Virus record (IMG/VR): IMGVR_UViG_2778261500_000001
Source of the DNA: a virus
Lineage: Duplodnaviria > Heunggongvirae > Uroviricota > Caudoviricetes
Direction: 5' to 3' (one strand)
Length of the DNA stretch: 23,709 nucleotides
The position numbers and the translations under genes are program-made. Positions 1-8,529 of the stretch are shown in pieces; position 1 is the stretch's first letter, and each line of letters begins with the position of its first letter. The notes beneath the pieces are model-generated. The model ran no database searches. It was given only the letters and a program-made list of their open reading frames with translations, and was not told the origin of the DNA.

Positions 1-1063
1 CTTCTCCCAAACCAAGGTATGTGAGAAGACCAGCTACATCCTTTCCACTCAAATTAGTCAGCGTATTGTCCAGCGGTTGTTTACCTGCCAGTGCATTAAG
101 CATTGTCGTGGCAAAGTTCGGGTCATTCCCCAGCGCCGCAGCCAGTTCGTTCAGTGTATCCAGTGCAGCAGGTGCAGACCCCACCATTGCCGCAATTGCC
201 GATTTCACAAAAGCCGTGGTGGCAATCTGTGTATTGTTAACCGACTGTGCCGCAGTAGGTGCTGTTGGCGTTCCGGTGAGTGCCGGACTCGACAGCGGTG
301 CTTTTAGTGCCAGCGCATTGTTAATGGTGGTACTGAATTTCGGGTCATTGTTAATGGCTGCGGCAATTTCTTTCAGTGTGTCCAGCGTGGCTGGCGCACC
401 GTTAATCAGAGCAGTAATAGCGGCCTGAACAAACGCGGTGGTCGCAATCTGCGTGGTGTTATTCCCCTCCGCTGGCGTTGGCGCTTTGGGTGTTCCGGTC
501 AATGTCGGGCTTTCTTTGGGTGCATACTGTGAATGCGGGTCCGGTGCGGCAAGATGTTTTGCCATCTTATCATCCACGAACACCTTCAGCTCCAGTACCT
601 TGTCATCCACATACTTGCGGGTTGCCAGCACGACGGCAGGGTCGATTTTCAGGGTGATATTGTCCGTGCTGCTGGTAATCAGCACTATGCGCACGGTCTG
701 GGTGCGCCCGCTGCCTTCAGCCAGTTGCGGCTTATAGCTTTCCGGGCAGTTGCCCACGGCAATCAATGCCCCGGACTCATCAAACAGACCCACTTCACGT
801 ATCCACCAACCACCCTCATTTTCAGGGATCACCTGTTCAGCAATAATCTGGCTGCTGTTCTGCGGGTCGATATAGAGCATATTCAGCGCAGCCCGGCGTT
901 TCTCATTTACCAGTGCCGTCTGCTTTGCGTCCGGCGTCGGCAATGCTCCGCCGCCATCGCCCACCGCCATATGGGTAATTTTTAGCGGCACACCGAGCGC
1001 GGCGGCGCTGGCAAGTTTCGCCGCGCCAATATCCGTCAGCAGGGTATAAAATTTTGTGCTCAT
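1..1063 (-). CDS. H: Tail fibre protein H, N-terminal part (gene runs off the window start; 3' end missing)
   Basis: Minus-strand ATG at 1061-1063 overlaps the stop of I (ATGA). Translation begins MSTKFYTLLTDIGAAKLASAAALGVPLKITHMAVGDGGG, matching my memory of the P2 gpH N-terminus, and continues into repeated TAFV/NDP modules. Not in the ORF track because no stop lies within the window. Confidence 0.85.
   Translation of the reverse strand, partial: MSTKFYTLLTDIGAAKLASAAALGVPLKITHMAVGDGGGALPTPDAKQTALVNEKRRAALNMLYIDPQNSSQIIAEQVIPENEGGWWIREVGLFDESGALIAVGNCPESYKPQLAEGSGRTQTVRIVLITSSTDNITLKIDPAVVLATRKYVDDKVLELKVFVDDKMAKHLAAPDPHSQYAPKESPTLTGTPKAPTPAEGNNTTQIATTAFVQAAITALINGAPATLDTLKEIAAAINNDPKFSTTINNALALKAPLSSPALTGTPTAPTAAQSVNNTQIATTAFVKSAIAAMVGSAPAALDTLNELAAALGNDPNFATTMLNALAGKQPLDNTLTNLSGKDVAGLLTYLGLGE
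85..510 (-). repeat. Internal tandem duplication (about 225 bp period) inside tail fibre gene H
   Basis: Two near-identical DNA blocks (around 100-290 and 345-510) share strings such as gcggtggtNgcaatctg and ggNgttccggt. The antisense ORF at 21..428 shows the echo SFSVSSAAGA / SFSVSSVAGA. Boundaries approximate. Confidence 0.6.
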
Positions 1064-1665
1064 GGATTCACTCTCATTGTGTCAATAACATGGACCGCCC
1101 CGCCTTCATGCGCGGTGCCGCCGGAAATAATTGTTTCGTTGATATACGGATAGATCGTGATTTCTTCGCCAAGATAGCTGGCGGCTCCCACCCAATGCGG
1201 GCCGCTGGTCTGCAGATTGATGGACATGCCGATCATGTGGCGGCTACATGGTTTGGCATCGCTTATCAGTCGCTCAAGTTCCAGATAGGTATCTTCAGTG
1301 ATGCCCTGGTCCTGCACGCCGATATCCAGGCGAAACGTGCCCGGTGCCTCTCCGGTCTGCCACCACTCAATAATGCGGATCAGAAAGCCGAACGGCTCCA
1401 CCACCCGCCGCACGGCACTGGTGGTCCCTTTATGCTGATGAATATAAAAAGCATCCTTCACCACCTGGCGCTTGACGCTTTCTGTCCAGCCCTCGTCCCA
1501 GCGATCCACAGAGAACGCCCAGGCGAGATAAGGCAGGAAACTGACCGGACAGGTTGCCGGATTCCACAAGTCACGAAGCGGCACCTGCAGATCAGAAATC
1601 CCGCTGCAGGTTTGCGCCAGTCGGCGCTCCAGTGGTGTTGAACCCGGTGGCAGCAGACTATTCAT
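1060..1665 (-). CDS. I: Baseplate assembly protein I
   Basis: 201 aa ORF at the P2 gene I position between J and H; stop overlaps the H start. Confidence 0.85.
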   Translation of the reverse strand: MNSLLPPGSTPLERRLAQTCSGISDLQVPLRDLWNPATCPVSFLPYLAWAFSVDRWDEGWTESVKRQVVKDAFYIHQHKGTTSAVRRVVEPFGFLIRIIEWWQTGEAPGTFRLDIGVQDQGITEDTYLELERLISDAKPCSRHMIGMSINLQTSGPHWVGAASYLGEEITIYPYINETIISGGTAHEGGAVHVIDTMRVNP

Positions 1666-2566
1666 CCGTTCCTCCGTTGGTTACGCTCCACTGCGTACAT
1701 GATGCCGCCTGTGTTTTGTTCAGGACCACATCCGCCAGAGGAGAAGCCAGCTCCACACGCTGCACACCCTCAACATGCAGGGCGGCAAAGATGGCGCTAC
1801 GGCGAATATCCCGACCAAGACGCGTCTGACTGGCGATGTACTTCTGCAGGCTGGCTTTTGCCGCTGCCATTACCGGCTCTGCTTCCGGTCCAGGATAGAG
1901 AAAAATGGTGGCTTCCACGCGATACGGGATGATTTCTGCGCTGCGAACCGTAAGACGGTCAGCCACCGGGCGGACGTTCTCACTGTTCAGAGCTTTTTCC
2001 ACCACGTCCAGCAGGTCTTTTTCTGCAGTTCCATCGCCTTCGCGGCTAAGGACAGTCAGCACCACCTCTGCAGGTGCCGGGCTGGTTGCACTGGCATCCG
2101 CCACCCGACCGTCGGCGCTTCGGGCATGAAATTCATAAGCTGCAGTTGGCCCCGCAACTGAAAGCCCTTCAAAGGCTGCAGGCACACGCAGGCGTAACGC
2201 TTCATCGCTTTCCATCACAGCTGCAACGGGCGGCACAGCGTCATTATCAGCAGGCGTCACCGTCAGGCGTTTTACGTTGTAGTTGGCAGCGAGCTGGTCA
2301 AGATCGCTGCCCATCGCGTAAGCCGCCATCACAGCCTGCGCGGCTTCGTTAATGCGCTGGCGCAGAAGCAACTCACGGTAAGCGTTCTCCTGCAGCAATT
2401 TGGTGACGGGTTCAGATTCCAGTTCCAGCGTGCGGATCACTGCTTCCTGCTCATCTTTCGGATGAAGCGCAACAAATTCGGCCTTGCGTTCGGCAAGCAG
2501 CGTCTCAAAGTCCGGCACATCCACAATCTGCGGCGCAGGCAACTGCGAAAGGTCAATCACTGCCAT
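1658..2566 (-). CDS. J: Baseplate assembly protein J
   Basis: ORF 1658..2605; likely true start at MAVIDLSQLPAP (2566), which matches the P2 gpJ N-terminus (MPIIDLNQLPAP...) as I recall it. Confidence 0.85.
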   Translation of the reverse strand: MAVIDLSQLPAPQIVDVPDFETLLAERKAEFVALHPKDEQEAVIRTLELESEPVTKLLQENAYRELLLRQRINEAAQAVMAAYAMGSDLDQLAANYNVKRLTVTPADNDAVPPVAAVMESDEALRLRVPAAFEGLSVAGPTAAYEFHARSADGRVADASATSPAPAEVVLTVLSREGDGTAEKDLLDVVEKALNSENVRPVADRLTVRSAEIIPYRVEATIFLYPGPEAEPVMAAAKASLQKYIASQTRLGRDIRRSAIFAALHVEGVQRVELASPLADVVLNKTQAASCTQWSVTNGGTDE

Positions 2567-2912
2567 TCTCTGCTCCTGTTGATACGGAAAGGGAAACAGG
2601 CACACCGTTATTACGCCGCCCGCTCAGCGCCACCACCATTGAACCGTCAAAATTGCTGTTGATGGTGATGGAATCCAGCGTCATCCGTGGCTCCCAGCGA
2701 CTCAGCGCTACATACACTGCCGACATGACCTGCAGGCGTAATGCCGGATTTTGTGGCTGGTCTATTAGCGACGACAGCAGGGAACCATATTCACGACGGG
2801 CAATGCGGCTACCCTGCGGTGTCAGTAGAATGTCCCGCACCGACTGACGCAGATGGTCAATATCAGTAATGGCTTTACCGCTGGTATTGTTCATCCCGAT
2901 ATAAAGCGTCAT
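2553..2912 (-). CDS. W: Baseplate protein W (gp25-like)
   Basis: 119 aa ORF between V and J in P2 synteny; start overlaps the V stop. Confidence 0.8.
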   Translation of the reverse strand: MTLYIGMNNTSGKAITDIDHLRQSVRDILLTPQGSRIARREYGSLLSSLIDQPQNPALRLQVMSAVYVALSRWEPRMTLDSITINSNFDGSMVVALSGRRNNGVPVSLSVSTGAENGSD

Positions 2913-3487
2913 ACCGGGCCTCCGGTTGTATCGCCGCCTTTCAGGACGCCAGTATGCTGATGCGCATCAACCACGATCCCGTTAGAACTCATCGCTCCGC
3001 CGCCCTGGGTAACGCCACCATTGATCACCACTTCGCTGTTAATGCGCGTGCGGTCAGCCTCCAGTACAAACTCACTGGTTTTCATGGTGATGTTGTCAGC
3101 GGCTTCAATGACCATTGATTTGATGCCCCTGACATACCAGCGCCCGGTGGCGGGTTCGTATTCAAACCAGCCACCGTCAGGATGTTCTGTCACGCAGGCG
3201 TCCGCCGACGTCGACGGTGGTGCGAACTGATTCGAATAGACAGCGGGCAGCGCAAAGGCGGTTTCCAGATTGCCGCCCAGACTCAGCAGCACCACCTGCT
3301 CACCTTCCGATGGTCGCCACCATGTGCGGGCATTCCCGGCACGCAGCGTCAGCCAGCTAATCCAGTTGGTTTCAAGCTCGCCCGTTTTCACCCGGCAAAG
3401 CCAGTTTTCCCTGTCCACTTCGGTGACTACCCCTGTGCGAATCAGGTTGGTGATAAGGCGCATGATTTCGGTTAATTGTGCGTTCAT
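2909..3487 (-). CDS. V: Baseplate spike/assembly protein V
   Basis: 192 aa; N-terminal and C-terminal motifs (TGVVTEVD..., HTG..GGDTTGGP) resemble P2 gpV as recalled; first gene of the V-W-J-I-H operon. Confidence 0.85.
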   Translation of the reverse strand: MNAQLTEIMRLITNLIRTGVVTEVDRENWLCRVKTGELETNWISWLTLRAGNARTWWRPSEGEQVVLLSLGGNLETAFALPAVYSNQFAPPSTSADACVTEHPDGGWFEYEPATGRWYVRGIKSMVIEAADNITMKTSEFVLEADRTRINSEVVINGGVTQGGGAMSSNGIVVDAHQHTGVLKGGDTTGGPV

Positions 3488-3533
3488 AGGGAAAGGTTGC
3501 CATCAGGGGAAGAAAGGCGGCAGTGCTGCAACT

Positions 3534-3551
3534 TGTATCAGTGCTGATACA
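3534..3551 (-). promoter_or_regulatory. TGT-N12-ACA dyad (ttgtatcagtgctgatacaa), putative late-activator (Ogr/B family) site of the V operon promoter
   Basis: Perfect palindrome TGTATCAG-TG-CTGATACA directly seen, centred 55.5 bp upstream of the V ATG and just after the S stop. P2-family late promoters carry a TGT-N12-ACA element (established knowledge). Confidence 0.55.
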
Positions 3552-3555
3552 AAGA

Positions 3556-4002
3556 TCACCCCGCCAGCCATTGCAGAATCATGTCGCGGGTCATTGCCTC
3601 AACATCATCATTTACACCCAGCAGGCGGCGCTCTGCGTAACGGACCTCCGGTCCTTTGCGACTGACGCGATCTCGCAGGCCGTAATGGTGAACGCGGGCA
3701 ATGCGCTGCACCTTGCCTTCAAACTGCACGCTGGCAGAGTCGGTGCTGGCGGCAGTTTTCAGGTATTTTGTGGTGCGCAGCTTTGCAAACATCTGACGTT
3801 TGATACGGCCTTTTTTACTGCGTGCTGTTACCCTGCGCGGTTCATAACTGCTGCCATCAGGATTGCGCTGCATCCTGATATTCTGCTGCTGTGTCCGGCG
3901 CAGTTCCTGCGCCAGCTGGCGCATCATGCGGCTTCTGGCGGCTGGTTCCAGATTCGCCAGCAAGGCACTCAACCAGTCGTCCACCTTCTGCAATTCAGCC
4001 AC
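3556..4002 (-). CDS. S: Tail completion protein S
   Basis: 148 aa ORF at the P2 S position (R-S-V order); basic central region. Confidence 0.75.
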   Translation of the reverse strand: MAELQKVDDWLSALLANLEPAARSRMMRQLAQELRRTQQQNIRMQRNPDGSSYEPRRVTARSKKGRIKRQMFAKLRTTKYLKTAASTDSASVQFEGKVQRIARVHHYGLRDRVSRKGPEVRYAERRLLGVNDDVEAMTRDMILQWLAG

Positions 4003-4447
4003 GTTTCACCGTCCACATTTCTTCAGGTTCATCAGGTTCCGCTATAGCTTCAACGCTCGACACACTGCCGTCAGTGCTGACCAGCACACGTTCCGTCAGT
4101 TGCAGGTTCAGGCTGATATCACAGACATCGTTGCGCAGAATATCCACCTCAAAGGTGAATAGCTTTTCCCGTAACGCCGGGTTATTGATGGCATCGGGCT
4201 GGTTATCACGCAGCCACAGCAAAACCGGGGCCATCAGCAGATTCTGGTCGCCGCTGAAATCCTCAATCACCACGTTCAGGGTGTAGCGGTACTCCCATGA
4301 CATGGAGCTGGCCCCCGTGGCAACCAGCGAACCGTTATCCACAAACAGATGCAGTTTGTCCGGGTTATTGCGGACATAAGGCACCGCTTTATTGAGGGCG
4401 TGGCGCAGGGATTGTGGTTTGTTCACTGTTTCGCTCCTGACACGCAA
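3995..4447 (-). CDS. R: Tail completion protein R
   Basis: 150 aa; motif FVDNGS near the N-terminus matches my memory of P2 gpR; follows the lysis genes. Confidence 0.75.
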   Translation of the reverse strand: MRVRSETVNKPQSLRHALNKAVPYVRNNPDKLHLFVDNGSLVATGASSMSWEYRYTLNVVIEDFSGDQNLLMAPVLLWLRDNQPDAINNPALREKLFTFEVDILRNDVCDISLNLQLTERVLVSTDGSVSSVEAIAEPDEPEEMWTVKRG

Positions 4448-4679
4448 TAATCATGTCCACTTTGTCTGCACAGACCGCCCAGGCGGCCTCCGTTTCATCC
4501 AGCAACGCATTCAGATCACCGTTAGTGCGCGGTGCTGCCTGCTCCAGCCGACACGGCGTCACTCGCGGACAACCACTGACGGTAAGCTGCACCTCCGGTG
4601 AGTGCCTGACGTTCCCGCAGCCGGATAATGTCAGCAGGCAAAGGAGTATCAGCCCAGTGGCGTAAATCCTCGTTCTCAC
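4389..4679 (-). CDS. lysC: LysC-like outer-membrane spanin (Rz1-type lipoprotein)
   Basis: 96 aa with lipobox LTLSGC after a hydrophobic leader; reading frame overlaps the 3' end of lysB and the 5' end of R, the typical overlapped spanin arrangement. Exact start uncertain. Confidence 0.6.
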   Translation of the reverse strand: MRTRIYATGLILLCLLTLSGCGNVRHSPEVQLTVSGCPRVTPCRLEQAAPRTNGDLNALLDETEAAWAVCADKVDMIIACQERNSEQTTIPAPRPQ

Positions 4680-4950
4680 GTTTCAGTTCCTCGATCCGGC
4701 GTTGTCGTTGTCTCAGCTGTGCGCTGGTCTGTTCTGCTTCGGCATAGAGCCGCGCCTGCTCCCGGTTATTGGTTTCAGTCAGAATGGACAGGCTGATAAG
4801 CTGGCTGTTGCTCTTTGCCAGTGCCTGGCTTTTGCTCTGCAGCTCGTTTGCCTGCGTGCTGATGGTCTGGCTGGCATCAGCCAGCCGCCACGTCTGCCAG
4901 CCCAGCGCCGCTAGTAATAACACCAGCACAACCAGCAGCAACCGGTTCAT
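4522..4950 (-). CDS. lysB: LysB-like inner-membrane spanin (Rz-type)
   Basis: 142 aa; N-terminal TM helix (LLLVVLVLLLAALGW) followed by a charged coiled-coil-like region. Confidence 0.65.
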   Translation of the reverse strand: MNRLLLVVLVLLLAALGWQTWRLADASQTISTQANELQSKSQALAKSNSQLISLSILTETNNREQARLYAEAEQTSAQLRQRQRRIEELKRENEDLRHWADTPLPADIIRLRERQALTGGAAYRQWLSASDAVSAGAGSTAH

Positions 4951-5324
4951 GCTGCTACCTGTTGCGCCATCTGATTACGGGTGATCCAGAAGGCAATAAC
5001 GGTCAGTAGATAAAAGACCAGGGTAATAGCCCACCCCGTCCATGCGAGACTTACAACAATCAGCAATCGCATCACCCAACTGATAAATACGTTTTCTTTT
5101 CGGGTAATTGTCTTCAGCAAAGATGCCCTTAACTCCTGCCAGAGCGGGCCATTCTGAATTAACGCAGCCAGTGCTACCGGAATTACCGCCCATGTCAGCA
5201 AACAGGCTACCCAAACGCCGGACGCTGCCAGTACCGGAAAGATCCCCTGCGGATACACCATTGCTGCGATTAACAGCGCCATCCATAACATCAGAAACAG
5301 TCCGCTGATTAATTTCTTTTTCAT
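4947..5324 (-). CDS. lysA: LysA-like lysis timing membrane protein
   Basis: ORF 4947..5396 is multi-pass hydrophobic; likely start at MKKKLISGLF (ATG at 5322-5324), just after the K stop. Confidence 0.55.
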   Translation of the reverse strand: MKKKLISGLFLMLWMALLIAAMVYPQGIFPVLAASGVWVACLLTWAVIPVALAALIQNGPLWQELRASLLKTITRKENVFISWVMRLLIVVSLAWTGWAITLVFYLLTVIAFWITRNQMAQQVAA

Positions 5325-5325
5325 T

Positions 5326-5838
5326 TCAGTTTGCTCCCTGTAAACACCAGGCCATCTCCCGCGCACGGCGGTTATCCAGCCCCTGATTAAACACACCTTT
5401 TACATAAACCCAGCGCGGCAACTGTCGGCACGCATCCGCCCAGCGCCGCTGATTGAGCAATTTCACCAGCGTGGAGCTGCAGGCATTGCCTGTCCCCACG
5501 TTGAAGGCAAACGACACCACCGAGTCATACACCTTTTGTGGCGGCTGTTGCTTCACACATCTTTCCAGCGCCCGCTCCACACGCAGCACGTTGGAGATAA
5601 GCCCTTCTGCTGCCTGTCGTTCCGTAATGGTTTTGCCGGGAATGACGCCCGACGTATTACCAATGCCGTCAGTCCATACACCCGCGCTGCACTGATACGG
5701 CTGCAGACGACAGCCTTCGTAATCGGCAATCAGTTTCAGTCCCTCCACGGAGGTGTGAAGCTGCTGAAAACCCGGCAGCGTGGCAGCAATAGCCAGCACG
5801 GTCCCGACAAGGCAGCGTTTAACGATTGATGGATTCAT
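5326..5838 (-). CDS. K: Endolysin K (phage lysozyme, GH24-like) with hydrophobic N-terminal SAR-like segment
   Basis: 170 aa; motif EGLKLIADYEGCRLQPYQCSAGVWTDGIGNT typical of T4-lysozyme-type muramidases; N-terminal CLVGTVLAIAATLPGF hydrophobic stretch. Confidence 0.8.
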   Translation of the reverse strand: MNPSIVKRCLVGTVLAIAATLPGFQQLHTSVEGLKLIADYEGCRLQPYQCSAGVWTDGIGNTSGVIPGKTITERQAAEGLISNVLRVERALERCVKQQPPQKVYDSVVSFAFNVGTGNACSSTLVKLLNQRRWADACRQLPRWVYVKGVFNQGLDNRRAREMAWCLQGAN

Positions 5839-6034
5839 AGTCCTCCCGCGTGATCTGCCCGTCGCGCAGAAGCTGGTAGGCTTTGTGTTTGTAGTACCAG
5901 TTGATAGCCAGCATCAGCACACCGATCATCAGGCCGCCCAGCGTTGAGGCATCCTTGATGGACAAATCGCCCAGCCAGGCCAGCACGACGGCGATGCAAT
6001 ACGTGATAAAGGCGCTGATTCGCTCAAGCGTCAT
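5819..6034 (-). CDS. Y: Holin Y
   Basis: 71 aa with two hydrophobic helices and a charged C-terminus; directly upstream of the endolysin. Confidence 0.7.
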   Translation of the reverse strand: MTLERISAFITYCIAVVLAWLGDLSIKDASTLGGLMIGVLMLAINWYYKHKAYQLLRDGQITREDYESINR

Positions 6035-6037
6035 AAT

Positions 6038-6241
6038 TCAGTCCCATAGCTGGACGGTCTGCACGGTGGTGGTTGTCGGAATGTCCGGCAGCTCCACCTG
6101 CAGCCCGTGAGGTAAAAAGGGGCCATATTCGGCAAGCCCCGGATTTGCCTTCAGTACCTGCTCCGTGACACCCTGCGTGCGCCCGTAATGACGCCAGCAA
6201 AGCGCGTCCACCGTGTCATACTGATGCGCACGCACTTTCAT
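6038..6241 (-). CDS. X: Tail protein X
   Basis: 67 aa ORF between L and holin, the P2 gene X position and size. Confidence 0.65.
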   Translation of the reverse strand: MKVRAHQYDTVDALCWRHYGRTQGVTEQVLKANPGLAEYGPFLPHGLQVELPDIPTTTTVQTVQLWD

Positions 6242-6768
6242 CAGATAAGCTCCACTGTGCAGTGCGGCGCATCCTGTACCCGGCTGATGGCCCAGCGGGC
6301 GTCACGCCACAAATCACCGCTGGCTTCCGCCAGTTCCTCGCCCCGCTTCACACCAGACGCCGTGGCGTCATAGTCCTGGTAACGTTCGTTGAGCATGGCG
6401 CGTGCCCAGCAGTAAACCGCGTTGAAATAGTGCTGAATGCGCTCACTTTTGCCGTCCAGTTGTTCCGCCGGAACCTCTGCCAGCGAGGCATATCCCAGCA
6501 TCTGCTGGCGTCTGCGAAACTCATACAGTTCTGCGTTGACCTCCGAAATTGCCGACAGCGCAACCTGCTTTAAACGCGGCTGCGTCACCGTGCCGTCAGT
6601 GCGCATCACACTGCGAAACTCCGACAGGTCCACATCAGGCCAGAACGGCGTATTTCTGATGATTTCCGCCTGTTCCGGTGCCTGTTCTGGTGCAACAAAC
6701 TTCATGCTGCTTTCTCCTGAAATAGAGGGCGGTGGACGGAGTTTTGATGTGGCTGTGCCTTTCGCCAC
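6241..6768 (-). CDS. L: Head completion/stabilisation protein L
   Basis: 175 aa ORF following M in P2 order. Confidence 0.75.
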   Translation of the reverse strand: MAKGTATSKLRPPPSISGESSMKFVAPEQAPEQAEIIRNTPFWPDVDLSEFRSVMRTDGTVTQPRLKQVALSAISEVNAELYEFRRRQQMLGYASLAEVPAEQLDGKSERIQHYFNAVYCWARAMLNERYQDYDATASGVKRGEELAEASGDLWRDARWAISRVQDAPHCTVELI

Positions 6769-6800
6769 CCCGTGCCGCCCGTGCGCGGGGGCACGTTCTG

Positions 6801-7451
6801 TCAGCGGCTGTCATTGCGCAGTCTGCGCTCCAGCTGCTGTTTGTCTTTTTTCACGCCACAGCGGGGATCGAGCTGCAACGCATGGTTGAGATGGTTAAGG
6901 GCGGAAGCCGGATTGCTTTCACTCAGGACAGCGCCAATCGCTTTATGCAGACGCGCCCGTGACTGGTCCGGCATATCCAGACCGTCTGTCAGCTCCAGCG
7001 TCTGCAGCAACAGATCGGCATCAAAGCCGGTGGCGGCAAGCATTGCGCTCTGCGCCGCGTCTGCCATTTCCTCTGCCAGCACGGTCTGCACATTGCGATT
7101 ACCCAGCGGCATCACCCAGCCATGACGCAGGGCGTGACGCCCGATCTCCAGCGCCCCGGCATAATCTCCGGCATCAATGCGCCACAGCATCACGTACATC
7201 AGCACGTCATCCTGTTGAGCGCCTCCGGCAGCAAGGACACCCTCCGCCCAGGCGGCGTACTTCGGCAGCAGCTCCACCTTGATTTCCGCTTTTTTGACCG
7301 TGGACTGAACGCCCTTGAGACGGCGGCGGTCTTCCGCCAGTTGCAGCAGCATCAGGTCATAGCCCGACGCGTGGCGAACGCTGCCGCCCTCGCGGGCGGC
7401 CTGTTCAGCCTGAACGCGCAGGCGATGCTGCCGTGCGGGACTCAGGCTCAT
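6801..7451 (-). CDS. M: Terminase small/endonuclease subunit M
   Basis: 216 aa; region DDVLMYVMLWRIDAGDYAGALEIGRHALRHG resembles P2 gpM as recalled; immediately follows N. Confidence 0.8.
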   Translation of the reverse strand: MSLSPARQHRLRVQAEQAAREGGSVRHASGYDLMLLQLAEDRRRLKGVQSTVKKAEIKVELLPKYAAWAEGVLAAGGAQQDDVLMYVMLWRIDAGDYAGALEIGRHALRHGWVMPLGNRNVQTVLAEEMADAAQSAMLAATGFDADLLLQTLELTDGLDMPDQSRARLHKAIGAVLSESNPASALNHLNHALQLDPRCGVKKDKQQLERRLRNDSR

Positions 7452-7454
7452 GAA

Positions 7455-8513
7455 TTACGCTCCGGTTTCTGCTGCTGCGGCGCTGAAGTCGCCAATCTGG
7501 ATGTTTTCCACCAGTGCGGCGCAGCGGTAGTCCTCAACCACATAGGCTTCGTTAACGGATTCAAAGTTTTCAATCCGGTCACGTTTCGGGTTGTCGATAA
7601 CTGAGCGGCGGCGGGTGTCTTCCTGCCAGTAGATGGACAGGTTATCCAGACGGGTGATCAGCAGTGCATTCGGCGGGAAGAACGGCGCACGCACGGCCTG
7701 CAGGCCACCCATGCGTTTCTGACTGATGATCATATCGGCAGCCAGTTTTTCACTGTTTTCCTGCTCTTTGTTGACCAGCGGGAAATACTTGTCAGACAGC
7801 AGTTCACGACCGCAAATCACCACCAGATCGTCATCGTCCTGGTAGACCACATCGATAAGCTCATTGACGGCATCCATCACCACGGCGTCCAGGTTGGCAT
7901 ATTCGCCACCTTTCCCGACTTTCACCGCACCCGGTGTGGTTTCACCGCCCGTGGTGGTGCTGCCCATGACGTGATCCGGTGCATCTTCACGGATTTTCTG
8001 CAGCCAGCCTTTGTTCACATCCTGCAGCAGCGGGTTTTCGCTACGGCTGGAGGTTTTCGCACGCTTCACGCCGTTAAAGCCGATCATGATGCGGTCCAGA
8101 GCCTGACGTTTCACGATGGCGTCACGGATGCGCACCTGGAAATCCTGAAACTTCGCCCACAGGTCCAGCTTCGCGTAGGTCAGCACCGTGTCAAAGTTGG
8201 TCTGCTCGCATTTATATTCCACATCGACCATCAGCGTCGGATCGACAGGTTCACGCTCTTTCGCGGTGGTGTCAGTGGTTCCGGCAATGGTGCTGCCAAC
8301 TCCCAGCCCCAGCAGCTGACCGGACTGCTCAGTCACTGGCGTGACGTTAATCAGCGTCAGGAAAGCGGCGGACTGCTGGATCTGGTCTTCCAGCGTCTGC
8401 TGCACAGACGGCTCCACGGTGAACTTGCTGGACAGTTCTTCAACTGCCACACCGTTCAGACGCGCCAGCTGCTGCAGGTAAGCGTTAAAAGCAAAGCGGG
8501 TATTCTTCTTCAT
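7455..8513 (-). CDS. N: Major capsid protein N
   Basis: 352 aa; long colinear similarity to P2 gpN from memory (FNAYL..., KFTVEPSVQQTL, KGGEYANLDAVVMDA, NKEQENSEKLAAD, VVEDY). Confidence 0.95.
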   Translation of the reverse strand: MKKNTRFAFNAYLQQLARLNGVAVEELSSKFTVEPSVQQTLEDQIQQSAAFLTLINVTPVTEQSGQLLGLGVGSTIAGTTDTTAKEREPVDPTLMVDVEYKCEQTNFDTVLTYAKLDLWAKFQDFQVRIRDAIVKRQALDRIMIGFNGVKRAKTSSRSENPLLQDVNKGWLQKIREDAPDHVMGSTTTGGETTPGAVKVGKGGEYANLDAVVMDAVNELIDVVYQDDDDLVVICGRELLSDKYFPLVNKEQENSEKLAADMIISQKRMGGLQAVRAPFFPPNALLITRLDNLSIYWQEDTRRRSVIDNPKRDRIENFESVNEAYVVEDYRCAALVENIQIGDFSAAAAETGA

Positions 8514-8529
8514 CGGGTTTTGTGCTCCA

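Noticed and set aside
21-985. Plus-strand ORFs 21..428, 77..307, 438..737 and 533..985 (Ala/Cys-rich translations)
   Set aside because: They lie antisense to tail fibre gene H, whose minus-strand translation is a convincing gpH homologue; their repetitive low-complexity content mirrors the H repeat region.
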